A stretch of 63,493 bases of DNA, the filler included, from Raillietiella orientalis (lineage: Eukaryota), in assembly GCA_036172245.1 (NCBI GenBank). It is 3 parts of 3 records of this genome, joined end to end, with 100 filler letters (N's around TTAATTAATTAA, not from the genome) between each part and the next. Parts side by side here need not be neighbours in the genome. Positions count along the whole stretch, not along the records: positions 1 to 23,898 come from JAYWIR010000224.1; 2 more parts are not named here. One strand, 5' to 3'. Shown here in pieces: positions 1 to 15,000 of the stretch (position 1 is the stretch's first letter; each line of letters begins with the position of its first letter). The position numbers and the translations under genes were made by a program. The notes below the pieces were generated by a model, which had not been told where the DNA came from, made no database searches, and saw nothing but the letters and a program-made list of their open reading frames with translations.

Positions 1-3000
1 GATTTGGACGGAAAACACCACATTGGAAATAGAAAAGATAGAGGAATTTTTTTGATGCATTTTGAAGATTCTATTTCTATGCTGGAAGAGGAAGTAGATT
101 GATTCCAACCATTTTGATGTCTCAGGATTCCGACCGAATTCATCGGGAAGCGGCCATGGTCGTTTACGTGCAAGTGCGGAGATTTGGACGGAAAACACCA
201 CATTGGAAATAGAAAAGATAGAGGAATTTCTGTGATGCATTTTGAAGATTCAATTTCTATGCTGGAAGACGAAGTAGATTGATTCCAACCATTTTGATGT
301 CTCAGCATTGCGACCGATTTCATCGGGAACCGACCATGGTCGTTTTGGTGCTAGTGTGGAGATTTGGACGGAAAACACCACATTGGAAATAGAGAAGATA
401 GAGGAATTTTTAGGAAACACTTTGAAGATTCTATTTGGATGCAGAAAGTGGAAGTAGATTGCTTCCAACCGTTTTGATGTCTCAGGATTGCGACCGAATT
501 CATCGGGAAACGGCCATGGTCGTTTTGGTGCAAGTGCGGAGATTTGGACGGAAAACACCACATTGGAAATAGAAAAGATAGAGGAATTTTTTTGATCCAC
601 TTTGAAGATTCTATTTGGATGTAGGAAGTGGAAGTAGATTGCTTCCAACCATTTTGATGTCTCAGGATTGCGACCGAATTCATCGGGAACCGGCCATGGT
701 CGTTTTGGTGCAAGTGCGGAGATTTGGACGGAAAACACCACATTGGAAATAGAAAAGATAGAGGAATTTCTGTGATGCACTTTGAAGATTCTATTTCTAT
801 GCTGCAAGAGGAAGTAGATTGATTCCAACCATTTTGATGTCTCAGGATTGCGACCGAATTCATCGGGAAGCGGCCATGGTCGTTTAGGTGCAAGTGCGGA
901 GATTTGGACGGAAAACACCACATTGGAAATAGAAAAGATAGAGGAATTTTTTTGATGCACTTTGAAGATTCTATTTGGATGCAGGAAGTGGAAGTAGATT
1001 GCTTCCAACCATTTTGATGTCTCAGGATTGCGACCGAATTCATCGGGAACCGGCCATGGTCGTTTAGGTGCAAGTGCGGAGATTTGGACGGAAAACACCA
1101 CATTGGAAATAGAAAAGATAGAGGAATTTTTTTTATACACTTTGAAGATTCTATTTGGATGCAGGAAGTGGAAGTAGATTGCTTCCAACCATTTTGATGT
1201 CTCAGGATTGCGACCGAATTCATCGGGAACCGGCCATGGTCGTTTTGGTGCAAGTGCGGAGATTTGGACGGAAAACACCACATTGGAAATAGAAAAGATA
1301 GAGGAATTTTTTTGAACCACTTTGAAGATTCTATTTGGATGTAGGAAGTGGAAGTAGATTGCTTCCAACCATTTTGATGTCTCAGGATTGCGACCGAATT
1401 CATCGGGAAGCGGCCATGGTCGTTTTGGTGCTAGTGCGGAGATTTGGACGGAAAACACCACATTGGAAATAGAAAAGATAGAGGAATTTTTTTGATCCAC
1501 TTTGAAGATTCTATTTGGATGTAGGAAGTGGAAGTAGATTGCTTCCAACCATTTTCATGTCTCAGGATTGCGACCGAATTAATCGGGAACCGGCCATGGT
1601 CGTTTTGGTGCAAGTGCGGAGATTTCGACGGAAAACACCACACTGGAAATAGAAAAGATAAAGGAATTTTTTTGATGCACTTTAAAGATTCTATTACTAT
1701 GCTGGAAGAGGAAGTAGATTGCTTCCAACCATTTTGATGTCTTAGGATTGCGACCGAATTCATCGGGAAACGGCCATGGTCGTTTTGGTGCAAGTGCGGA
1801 GATTTGGACGGAAAACACCACATTGGAAATAGAAAAGATAGAGGAATTTTTTTGATGCACTTTGAAGATTCTATTTCTATGCTGGAAGTGGAAGTAGATT
1901 GATTCCAACCATTTTGATGTCTCAGGATTGCGACCGAATTCATCGGGAAGCGGCCATGGTCGTTTAGGTGCAAGTGCGGAGATTTGGACGGAAAACACCA
2001 CATTGGAAATAGAAAAGATAGAGGAATTTTTTTGAACCACTTTGAAGATTCTATTTGGATGTAGGAAGTGGAAGTAGATTGCTTCCAACCATTTTGATGT
2101 CTCAGGATTGCGACCGAATTCATCGGGAAGCGGCCATGGTCGTTTTGGTGCAAGTGCGGAGATTTGGACGGAAAACACCACATTGGAAATAGAAAAGATA
2201 GAGGAATTTTTTTGATCCACTTTGAAGATTCTATTTGGATGTAGGAAGTGGAAGTAGATTGCTTCCAACCATTTTGATGTCTCAGGATTGCGACCGAATT
2301 CATCGGGAACCGGCCATGGTCGTTTTGGTGCAAGTGCGGAGATTTCGACGGAAAACACCACACTGGAAATAGAAAAGATAAAGGAATTTTTTTGATGCAC
2401 TTTAAAGATTCTATTACTATGCTGGAAGAGGAAGTAGATTGCTTCCAACCATTTTGATGTCTTAGGATTGCGACCGAATTCATCGGGAAACGGCCATGGT
2501 CGTTTTGGTGCAAGTGCGGAGATTTGGACGGAAAACACCACATTGGAAATAGAAAAGATAAAGGAATTTTTTTGATGCACTTCAAAGATTCTATTTCTAT
2601 GCTGGAGAAGGAAGTAGATTGATTCCAACCATTTTGATGTCTCAGGATTGCGACCGAATTCATCGGGAAGCGGCCATGGTCGTTTAGGAGCAAGTGCGGA
2701 GATTTGGACGGAAAACACCACATTGGAAATAGAAAACATAGAGGAATTCCTGTGATGCATTTTGAAGATTCTATTTCTATGCTGGAAGTGGAAGTAGATT
2801 GCTTCCAACCATTTCGATGTCTCAGGATTGCGACCGAATTCATCGGGAAACGGCCATGGTCGTTTTGGTGCAAGTGCGGAGATTTGGACGGAAAACACCA
2901 CATTGGAAATAGAAAAGATAGAGGAATTTTTTTGATGCACTTTGAGGATTCTATCTCTATGCTGGAAGTGGAAGTACATTGATTCCAACCATTTTCATGT

Positions 3001-6000
3001 CTCACGATTGCGACCGAATTCATCGGGAACCGGCCATGGTCGTTTTGGTGCAAGTGCGCAGATTTGGACGGAAAACACCACATTGGAAATAGAAAACATA
3101 GAGGAATTTCTGTGATGCATTTTGAAGATTCAATTTCTATGCTGGAAGACGAAGTAGATTGATTCCAACCATTTTGATGTCTCAGGATTTCGACCGAATT
3201 CATCGGGAAGCGGCCATGGTCGTTTTGGTGCTAGTGTGGAGATTTGGACGGAAAACACCACATTGGAAATAGAAAAGATAAAGGAATTTGTTTGATCCAC
3301 TTTGAAGATTCTATTTGGATGTAGGAAGTGGAAGTAGATTGCTTCCAACCATTTTCATGTCTCAGGATTGCGACCGAATTAATCGGGAACCGGCCATGGT
3401 CATTTTGGTGCAAGTGCGGAGATTTGTACGGAAAACACCACATTGGAAATAGAAAAGATAGAAGAATTTCTGTGATGCATTTTGAAGATTCAATTTCTAT
3501 GCTGGAAGACCAAGTAGATTGATTCCAACCATTTTGATGTCTCAGGATTTCGACCGAATTCATCGGGAAGCGGCCATGGTCGTTTTGGTGCTAGTGTGGA
3601 GATTTGGACGGAAAACACCACATTGGAAATAGAAAAGATAAAGGAATTTTTTTGATCCACTTTGAAGATTCTATTTGGATGTAGGAAGTGGAAGTAGATT
3701 GCTTCCAACCATTTTCATGTCTCAGGATTGCGACCGAATTAATCGGGAACCGGCCATGGTCGTTTTGGTGCAAGTGCGGAGATTTGTACGGAAAACACCA
3801 CATTGGAAATAGAAAAGATAAAGGAATTTTTTTGATCCACTTTGAAGATTCTATTTGGATGCAGGAAGTGGAAGTAGATTGCTTCCAACCATTTTGATGT
3901 CTCAGGATTGCGACCGAATTCATCGGGAACCGGCCATGGTCGTTTTGGTGCAAGTGCGGAGATTTGGACGGAAAACACCACACTGGAAATAGAAAACATA
4001 GAGGAATTTCTGTGATGCATTTTGAAGATTCAATTTCTATGCTGGAAGACGAAGTAGATTGATTCCAACCATTTTGATGTCTCAGGATTGCGACCGAATT
4101 CTTCGGGAAGCTGCCATGGTGGTTTAGGTGCAAGTGCGGAGATTTGGACGGAAAACACCACATTGGAAATAGAAAAGATAGAGGAATTTTTAGGAAGCAC
4201 TTTGAAGATTCTATTTGGATGCAGGAAGTGGAAGTAGATTGCTTCCAACCATTTTCATGTCTCAGGATTGCGACCGAATTAATCGGGAACCGGCCATGGT
4301 CGTTTAGGTGCAAGTGCGGAGATTTGGACGGAAAACACCACATTGGAAATAGAAAAGATAGAGGAATTTTTTTGATGCATTTTGAAGATTCTATTTCTAT
4401 GCTGGAAAGGAAGTAGATTGATTCCAACCATTTTGATGTCTCAGGATTCCGACCGAATTCATCGGGAAGCGGCCATGGTCGTTTACGTGCAAGTGCGGAG
4501 ATTTGGACGGAAAACACCACATTGGAAATAGAAAAGATAGAGGAATTTTTTGCATACACTTTGAAGATTGTATTTGGATGCAGGAAGTGGAAGTAGATTG
4601 CTTCCAACCATTTTGATGTCTCAGGATTGCGACCGAATTCATCGGGAACCGGCCATGGTCGTTTAGGTGCAAGTGCGGAGATTTGGACGGAAAACACCAC
4701 ATTGGAAATAGAAAAGATAGAGGAATTTTTTTGATGCACTTTGAAGATTCTATTTCTATGCTGGAAGTGGAAGTAGATTGATTCCAACCATTTTGATGTC
4801 TCAGGATTGCGACCGAATTCATCGGGAAGCGGCCATGGTCGTTTTGGTGCAAGTGCGGAGATTTGGACGGAAAACACCACATTGGAAATAGAAAAGATAG
4901 AGGAATTTTTTTGATGCACTTTGAAGATTCTATTTGGATGCAGGAAGTGGAAGTAGATTGCTTCCAACCATTTTGATGTCTCAGGATTGCGACCGAATTC
5001 ATCGGGAACCGGCCATGGTCGTTTTGGTGCAAGTGCGGAGATTTGGACGGAAAACACCACATTGGAAATAGAAAAGATAGAGGAATTTTTAGGAAACACT
5101 TTGAAGATTCTATTTGGATGCAGGAAGTGGAAGTAGATTGCTTCCAACCATTTTGATGTCTCAGGATTGCGACCGAATTCATCGGGAAACGGCCATGGTC
5201 GTTTTGGTGCAAGTGCGGAGATTTGGACGGAAAACACCACATTGGAAATAGAAAAGATAGAGGAATTTTTTTGATCCACTTTGAAGATTCTATTTGGATG
5301 TAGGAAGTGGAAGTAGATTGCTTCCAACCATTTTGATGTCTCAGGATTGCGACCGAATTCATCGGGAACCGGCCATGGTCGTTTTGGTGCAAGTGCGGAG
5401 ATTTGGACGGAAAACACCACACTGGAAATAGAAAAGATAAAGGAATTTTTTTGATGCACTTTAAAGATTCTATTTCTATGCTGGAAGAGGAAGTAGATTG
5501 CTTCCAACCATTTTGATGTCTCAGGATTGCGACCGAATTCATCGGGAAACGGCCATGGTCGTTTTGGTGCAAGTGCGGAGATTTGGACGGAAAACACCAC
5601 ATTGGAAATAGAAAAGATAGAGGAATTTTTTTGATGCACTTTGAAGATTCTATTTCTATGCTGGAAGTGGAAGTAGATTGATTCCAACCATTTTCATGTC
5701 TCAGGATTGCGACCGAATTCATCGGGAACCGGCCATGGTCGTTTTGGTGCAAGTGCGGAGATTTGGACGGAAAACACCACATTGGAAATAGAAAACATAG
5801 AGGAATTTCTGTGATGCATTTTGAAGATTCAATTTCTATGCTGGAAGACGAAGTAGATTGATTCCAACCATTTTGATGTCTCAGGATTTCGACCGAATTC
5901 ATCGGGAAGCGGCCATGGTCGTTTTGGTGCAAGTGCGGAGATTTGGACGGAAAACACCACATTGGAAATAGAAAAGATAAAGGAATTTTTTTGATCCACT

Positions 6001-9000
6001 TTGAAGATTCTATTTGGATGCAGGAAGTGGAAGTAGATTGCTTCCAACCATTTTGATGTCTCAGGATTGCGACCGAATTCATCGGGAACCGGCCATGGTC
6101 GTTTTGGTGCAAGTGCGGAGATTTGGACGGAAAACACCACATTGGAAATAGAAAACATAGAGGAATTTCTGTGATGCATTTTGAAGATTCAATTTCTATG
6201 CTGGAAGACGAAGTAGATTGATTCCAACCATTTTGATGTCTCAGGATTGCGACCGAATTCTTCGGGAAGCGGCCATGGTCGTTTAGGTGCAAGTGCGGAG
6301 ATTTGGACGGAAAACACCACATTGGAAATAGAAAAGATAGAGGAATTTTTAGGAAGCACTTTGAAGATTCTATTTGGATGCAGGAAGTGGAAGTAGATTG
6401 CTTCCAACCATTTTCATGTCTCAGGATTGCGACCGAATTAATCGGGAACCGGCCATGGTCGTTTTGGTGCAAGTGCGGAGATTTGGACGGAAAACACCAC
6501 ATTGGAAATAGAAAAGATAGAGGAATTTTTTTGATGCATTTTGAAGATTCTATTTCTATGCTGGAAGTGGAAGTAGATTGATTCCAACCATTTTGATGTC
6601 TCAGGATTGCGACCGAATTCATCGGGAAGCGGCCATGGTCGTTTACGTGCAAGTGCGGAGATTTGGACGGAAAACACCACATTGGAAATAGAAAAGATAG
6701 AGGAATTTTTTTGATGCACTTTGAAGATTCTATTTGGATGCAGGAAGTGGAAGTAGATTGCTTCCAACCATTTTGATGTCTCAGGATTGCGACCGAATTC
6801 ATCGGGAACCGGCCATGGTCGTTTAGGTGCAAGTGCGGAGATTTGGACGGAAAACACCACATTGGAAATAGAAAAGATAGAGGAATTTTTTTGATGCATT
6901 TTGAAGATTCTATTTCTATGCTGGAAGAGGAAGTAGATTGATTCCAACCATTTTGATGTCTCAGGATTGCGACCGAATTCATCGGGAAGCGGCCATGGTC
7001 GTTTTGGTGCAAGTGCGGAGATTTGGACGGAAAACACCACATTGGAAATAGAAAAGATAGAGGAATTTCTGTGATGCATTTTGAAGATTCAATTTCTATG
7101 CTGGAAGACGAAGTAGATTGATTCCAACCATTTTGATGTCTCAGGATTGCGACCGAATTCATCGGGAACCGGCCATGGTCGTTTTGGTGCTAGTGTGGAG
7201 ATTTGGACGGAAAACACCACATTGGAAATAGAAAAGATAGAGGAATTTTTATGATGCACTTTGAAGATTCTATTTGGATGCAGGAAGTGGAAGTAGATTG
7301 CTTCCAACCATTTTGATGTCTCAGGATTGCGACCGAATTCATCGGGAACCGGCCATGGTCGTTTTGGTGCAAGTGCGGAGATTTGGACGGAAAACACCAC
7401 ATTGGAAATAGAAAAGATAGAGGAATTTTTTTGATCCACTTTGAAGATTCTATTTGGATGCAGGAAGTGGAAGTAGATTGCTTCCAACCATTTTGATGTC
7501 TCAGGATTGCGACCGAATTCATCGGGAACCGGCCATGGTCGTTTTGGTGCAAGTGCGGAGATTTGGACGGAAAACACCACATTGGAAATAGAAAAGATAG
7601 AGGAATTTCTGTGATGCATTTTGAAGATTCAATTTCTATGCTGGAAGACGAAGTAGATTGATTCCAACCATTTTGATGTCTCAGGATTGCGACCGAATTC
7701 TTCGGGAAGCTGCCATGGTGGTTTAGGTGCAAGTGCGGAGATTTGGACGGAAAACACCACATTGGAAATAGAAAAGATAGAGGAATTTTTAGGAAGCACT
7801 TTGAAGATTCTATTTGGATGCAGGAAGTGGAAGTAGATTGCTTCCAACCATTTTGATGTCTCAGGATTGCGACCGAATTAATCGGGAACCGGCCATGGTC
7901 GTTTTGGTGCAAGTGCGGAGATTTGGACGGAAAACACCACATTGGAAATAGAAAAGATAGAGGAATTTTTTTGATGCATTTTGAAGATTCTATTTCTATG
8001 CTGGAAGAGGAAGTAGATTGATTCCAACCATTTTGATGTCTCAGGATTGCGACCGAATTCATCGGGAAGCGGCCATGGTCGTTTACGTGCAAGTGCGGAG
8101 ATTTGGACGGAAAACATCACATTGGAAATAGAAAAGATAGAGGAATTTTTTGCATACACTTTGAAGATTGTATTTGGATGCAGGAAGTGGAAGTAGATTG
8201 CTTCCAACCATTTTGATGTCTAAGGATTGCGACCGAATTCATCGGGAACCGGCCATGGACGTTTAGGTGCAAGTGCGGAGATTTGGACGGAAAACACCAC
8301 ATTGGAAATAGAAAAGATAGAGGAATTTTTTTGATGCATTTTGAAGATTCTATTTCTATGCTGGAAGAGGAAGTAGATTGATTCCAACCATTTTGATGTC
8401 TCAGGATTCCGACCGAATTCATCGGGAAGCGGCCATGGTCGTTTTCGTGCAAGTGTGGAGATTTGGACGGAAAACACCACATTGGAAATAGAAAAGATAG
8501 AGGAATTTCTGTGATGCATTTTGAAGATTTAATTTCTATGCTGGAAGACGAAGTAGATTGATTCCAACCATTTTGATGTCTCAGCATTGCGACCGATTTC
8601 ATCGGGAACCGACCATGGTCGTTTTGGTGCTAGTGTGGAGATTTGGACGGAAAACACCACATTGGAAATAGAGAAGATAGAGCAATTTTAAGGAAACACT
8701 TTGAAGATTCTATTTGGATGCAGGAAGTGGAAGTAGATTGCTTCCAACCATTTTGATGTCTCAGGATTGCGACCGAATTCATCGGGAACCGGCCATGGTC
8801 GTTTTGGTGCAAGTGCGGAGATTTGGACGGAAAACACCACATTGGAAATAGAAAAGATAGAGGAATTTTTTTGATCCACTTTGAAGATTCTATTTATATG
8901 CAGGAAGTGGAAGTAGATTGCTTCCAACCATTTTGATGTCTCAGGATTGCGACCGAATTCATCGGGAACCGGCCATGGTCGTTTTGGTGCAAGTGCGGAG

Positions 9001-12000
9001 ATTTGGACGGAAAACACCACATTGGAAATAGAAAAGATAGAGGAATTTCTTTGATGCATTTTGAAGATTCTATTTCTATGCTGGAAGAGGAAGTAGATTG
9101 ATTCCAACCATTTTGATGTCTCAGGATTGCGACCGAATTCATCGGGAAGCGGCCATGGTCGTTTTGGTGCAAGTGCGGAGATTTGGACGGAAAACACCAC
9201 ATTGGAAATAGAAAAGATGAAGGAATTTTTTTGATGCACTTTAAAGATTCTATTCCTATGCTGGAAGAGGAAGTAGATTGCTTCCAACCATTTTGATGTC
9301 TTAGGATTGCGACCGAATTCATCGGGAAACGGCCATGGTCGTTTTGGTGCAAGTGCGGAGATTTGGACGGAAAACACCACATTGGAAATAGAAAAGATAA
9401 AGGAATTTTTTTGATGCACTTCAAAGATTCTATTTCTATGCTGGAGAAGGAAGTAGATTGATTCCAACCATTTTGATGTCTCAGGATTGCGACCGAATTC
9501 ATCGGGAAGCGGCCATGGTCGTTTAGGAGCAAGTGCGGAGATTTGGACGGAAAACACCACATTGGAAATAGAAAACATAGAGGAATTCCTGTGATGCATT
9601 TTGAAGATTCTATTTCTATGCTGGAAGTGGAAGTAGATTGCTTCCAACCATTTCGATGTCTCAGGATTGCGACCGAATTCATCGGGAAACGGCCATGGTC
9701 GTTTTGGTGCAAGTGCGGAGATTTGGACGGAAAACACCACATTGGAAATAGAAAAGATAGAGGAATTTCTTTGATGCACTTTGAGGATTCTATCTCTATG
9801 CTGGAAGTGGAAGTACATTGATTCCAACCATTTTCATGTCTCAAGATTGCGACCGAATTCATCGGGAACCGGCCATGGTCGTTTTGGTGCAAGTGCGCAG
9901 ACTTGGACGGAAAACACCACACTGGAAATAGAAAACATAGAGGAATTTCTGTGATGCATTTTGAAGTTTCAATTTCTATGCTGGAAGACGAAGTAGATTG
10001 ATTCCAACCATTTTGATGTCTCAGGATTTCGACCGAATTCATCGGGAAGCGGCCATGGTCGTTTTGGTGCTAGTGTGGAGATTTGGACGGAAAACACCAC
10101 ATTGGAAATAGAAAAGATAAAGGAATTTGTTTGATCCACTTTGAAGATTCTATTTGGATGTAGGAAGTGGAAGTAGATTGCTTCCAACCATTTTCATGTC
10201 TCAGGATTGCGACCGAATTAATCGGGAACCGGCCATGGTCATTTTGGTGCGAGTGCGGCGATTTGTACGGAAAACTCCACATTGGAAATAGAAAAGATAA
10301 GGGAATTTTTTTTATCCACTTTGAAGATTCTATTTATATGCAGGAAGTGGAAGTAGATTGCTTCCAACCATTTTGATGTCTCAGGATTGCGACCGAATTC
10401 ATCGGGAACCGGCCATGGTCGTTTTGGTGCAAGTGCGGAGATTTGGACGGAAAACACCACATTGGAAATAGAAAAGATAGAGGAATTTTTTTGATGCACT
10501 TTGAAGATTCTATTTCTATGCTGGAAGAGGAAGTAGATTGATTCCAACCATTTTGAAGTCTCAGGATTGCGACCGAATTCATCGGGAAGCGGCCATGGTC
10601 GTTTACGTGCAAGTGCGGAGATTTGGACGGAAAACACCACATTGGAAATAGAGAAGATAGAGCAATTTCAAGGAAACACTTTGAAGATTCTATTTGGATG
10701 CAGGAAGTGGAAGTAGATTGCTTCCAACCGTTTTGATGTCTCAGTATTGCGACCGAATTCATCGGGAAACGGCCATGGTCGTTTTGGTGCAAGTGCGGAG
10801 ATTTGGACGGAAAACACCACATCGGAAATACAAAAGATAGAGGAATTTTTTTGAACCACTTTGAAGATTCTATTTGGATGTAGGAAGTGGAAGTAGATTG
10901 CTTCCAACCATTTTGATGTCTCAGGATTGCGACCGAATTCATCGGGAAGCGGCCATGGTCGTTTTGGTGCTAGTGCGGAGATTTGGACGGAAAACACCAC
11001 ATTGGAAATAGAAAAGATAGAGGAATTTTTTTGATCCACTTTGAAGATTCTATTTGGATGTAGGAAGTGGAAGTAGATTGCTTCCAACCATTTTCATGTC
11101 TCAGGATTGCGACCGAATTAATCGGGAACCGGCCATGGTCGTTTTGGTGCAAGTGCGGAGATTTCGACGGAAAACACCACACTGGAAATAGAAAAGATAA
11201 AGGAATTTTTTTGATGCACTTTAAAGATTCTATTACTATGCTGGAAGAGGAAGTAGATTGCTTCCAACCATTTTGATGTCTTAGGATTGCGACCGAATTC
11301 ATCGGGAAACGGCCATGGTCGTTTTGGTGCAAGTGCGGAGATTTGGACGGAAAACACCACATTGGAAATAGAAAAGATAAAGGAATTTTTTTGATGCACT
11401 TCAAAGATTCTATTTCTATGCTGGAGAAGGAAGTAGATTGATTCCAACCATTTTGATGTCTCAGGATTGCGACCGAATTCATCGGGAAGCGGCCATGGTC
11501 GTTTAGGAGCAAGTGCGGAGATTTGGACGGAAAACACCACATTGGAAATAGAAAACATAGAGGAATTCCTGTGATGCATTTTGAAGATTCTATTTCTATG
11601 CTGGAAGTGGAAGTAGATTGCTTCCAACCATTTCGATGTCTCAGGATTGCGACCGAATTCATCGGGAAACGGCCATGGTCGTTTTGGTGCAAGTGCGGAG
11701 ATTTGGACGGAAAACACCACATTGGAAATAGAAAAGATAGAGGAATTTTTTTGATCCACTTTGAAGATTCTATTTGGATGTAGGAAGTGGAAGTAGATTG
11801 CTTCCAACCATTTTGATGTCTCAGGATTGCGACCGAATTCATCGGGAAGCGGCCATGGTCGTTTTGGTGCTAGTGCGGAGATTTGGACGGAAAACACCAC
11901 ATTGGAAATAGAAAAGATAGAGGAATTTTTTTGATCCACTTTGAAGATTCTATTTGGATGTAGGAAGTGGAAGTAGATTGCTTCCAACCATTTTCATGTC

Positions 12001-15000
12001 TCAGGATTGCGACCGAATTCATCGGGAACCGGCCATGGTCGTTTTGGTGCAAGTGCGGAGATTTGGACGGAAAACACCACATTGGAAATAGAAAAGATAA
12101 AGGAATTTTTTTGATGCACTTTGAAGATTCTATTTCTATGCTGGAAGAGGAAGTAGATTGCTTCCAACCATTTTGATGTCTCAGGATTGCGACCGAATTC
12201 ATCGGGAACCGGCCATGGTCGTTTTGGTGCAAGTGCGGAGATTTGGACGGAAAACACCACATTGGAAATAGAAAAGATAGAGGAATTTTTTTGATGCACT
12301 TTGAAGATTCTATTTCTATGCTGGAAGAGGAAGTAGATTGATTCCAACCATTTTGATGTCTCAGGATTGCGACCGAATTCATCGGGAAGCGGCCATGGTC
12401 GTTTAGGTGCAAGTGCGGAGATTTGGACGGAAAACACCACATTGGAAATAGAAAAGATAGAGGAATTTTTTTGATGCACTTTGAAGATTCTATTTCTATG
12501 CAGGAAGTGGAAGTAGATTGCTTCCAACCATTTTGATGTCTCAGGATTGCGACCGAATTCATCGGGAACCGGCCATGGTCGTTTTGGTGCAAGTGCGGAG
12601 ATTTGGACGGAAAACACCACATTGGAAATAGAAAAGATAGAGGAATTTTTTGATGCACTTTGAAGATTCTATTTCTATGCTGGAAGAGGAAGTAGATTGA
12701 TTCCAACCATTTTGATGTCTCAGGATTGCGACCGAATTCATCGGGAAGCGGCCATGGTCGTTTAGGTGCAAGTGCGGAGATTTGGACGGAAAACACCACA
12801 TTGGAAATAGAAAAGATAGAGGAATTTTTTTGATGCACTTTGAAGATTCTATCTCTATGCTGGAAGTGGAAGTACATTGATTCCAACCATTTTCATGTCT
12901 CAGGATTGCGACCGAATTCATCGGGAACCGGCCATGGTCGTTTTGGTGCAAGTGCGGAGATTTGGACGGAAAACACCACACTGGAAATAGAAAACATAGA
13001 GGAATTTCTGTGATGCATTTTGAAGATTCAATTTCTATGCTGGAAGACGAAGTAGATTGATTCCAACCATTTTGATGTCTCAGGATTTCGACCGAATTCA
13101 TCGGGAAGCGGCCATGGTCGTTTTGGTGCTAGTGCGGAGATTTGGACGGAAAACACCACATTGGAAATAGAAAAGATAGAGGAATTTGTTTGATCCACTT
13201 TGAAGATTCTATTTGGATGTAGGAAGTGGAAGTAGATTGCTTCCAACCATTTTCATGTCTCAGGATTGCGACCGAATTAATCGGGAACCGGCCATGGTCG
13301 TTTTGGTGCAAGTGCGGAGATTTGGACGGAAAACACCACATTGGAAATAGAAAAGATAAAGGAATTTTTTTGATCCACTTTGAAGATTCTATTTATATGC
13401 AGGAAGTGGAAGTAGATTGCTTCCAACCATTTTGATGTCTCAGGATTGCGACCGAATTCATCGGGAACCGGCCATGGTCGTTTTGGTGCAAGTGCGGAGA
13501 TTTGGACGGAAAACACCACATTGGAAATAGAAAAGATAAAGGAATTTTTTTGATGCACTTCAAAGATTCTATTTCTATGCTGGAGATGGAAGTAGATTGA
13601 TTCCAACCATTTTGAAGTCTCAGGATTGCGACCGAATTCATCGGGAAGCGGCCATGGTCGTTTACGTGCAAGTGCGGAGATTTGGACGGAAAACACCACA
13701 TTGGAAATAGAGAAGATAGAGCAATTTCAAGGAAACACTTTGAAGATTCTATTTGGATGCAGGAAGTGGAAGTAGATTGCTTCCAACCGTTTTGATGTCT
13801 CAGTATTGCGACCGAATTCATCGGGAAACGGCCATGGTCGTTTTGGTGCAAGTGCGGAGATTTGGACGGAAAACACCACATCGGAAATACAAAAGATAGA
13901 GGAATTTTTTTGAACCACTTTGAAGATTCTATTTGGATGTAGGAAGTGGAAGTAGATTGCTTCCAACCATTTTGATGTCTCAGGATTGCGACCGAATTCA
14001 TCGGGAAGCGGCCATGGTCGTTTTGGTGCTAGTGCGGAGATTTGGACGGAAAACACCACATTGGAAATAGAAAAGATAGAGGAATTTTTTTGATCCACTT
14101 TGAAGATTCTATTTGGATGTAGGAAGTGGAAGTAGATTGCTTCCAACCATTTTCATGTCTCAGGATTGCGACCGAATTAATCGGGAACCGGCCATGGTCG
14201 TTTTGGTGCAAGTGCGGAGATTTCGACGGAAAACACCACACTGGAAATAGAAAAGATAAAGGAATTTTTTTGATGCACTTTAAAGATTCTATTACTATGC
14301 TGGAAGAGGAAGTAGATTGCTTCCAACCATTTTGATGTCTTAGGATTGCGACCGAATTCATCGGGAAACGGCCATGGTCGTTTTGGTGCAAGTGCGGAGA
14401 TTTGGACGGAAAACACCACATTGGAAATAGAAAAGATAAAGGAATTTTTTTGATGCACTTCAAAGATTCTATTTCTATGCTGGAGAAGGAAGTAGATTGA
14501 TTCCAACCATTTTGATGTCTCAGGATTGCGACCGAATTCATCGGGAAGCGGCCATGGTCGTTTAGGAGCAAGTGCGGAGATTTGGACGGAAAACACCACA
14601 TTGGAAATAGAAAACATAGAGGAATTTCTGTGATGCATTTTGAAGATTCTATTTCTATGCTGGAAGTGGAAGTAGATTGCTTCCAACCATTTTGATGTCT
14701 CAGGATTGCGACCGAATTCATCGGGAACCGGCCATGGTCGTTTTGGTGCAAGTGCGGAGATTTGGACGGAAAACACCACATTGGAAATAGAAAAGATAGA
14801 GGAATTTTTTTGATGCATTTTGAAGATTCTATTTCTATGCTGGAAGAGGAAGTAGATTGATTCCAACCATTTTGATGTCTCAGGATTGCGACCGAATTCA
14901 TCGGGAAGCGGCCATGGTCGTTTTGGTGCAAGTGCGGAGATTTGGACGGAAAACACCACATTGGAAATAGAAAAGATAAAGGAATTTTTTTGATCCACTT

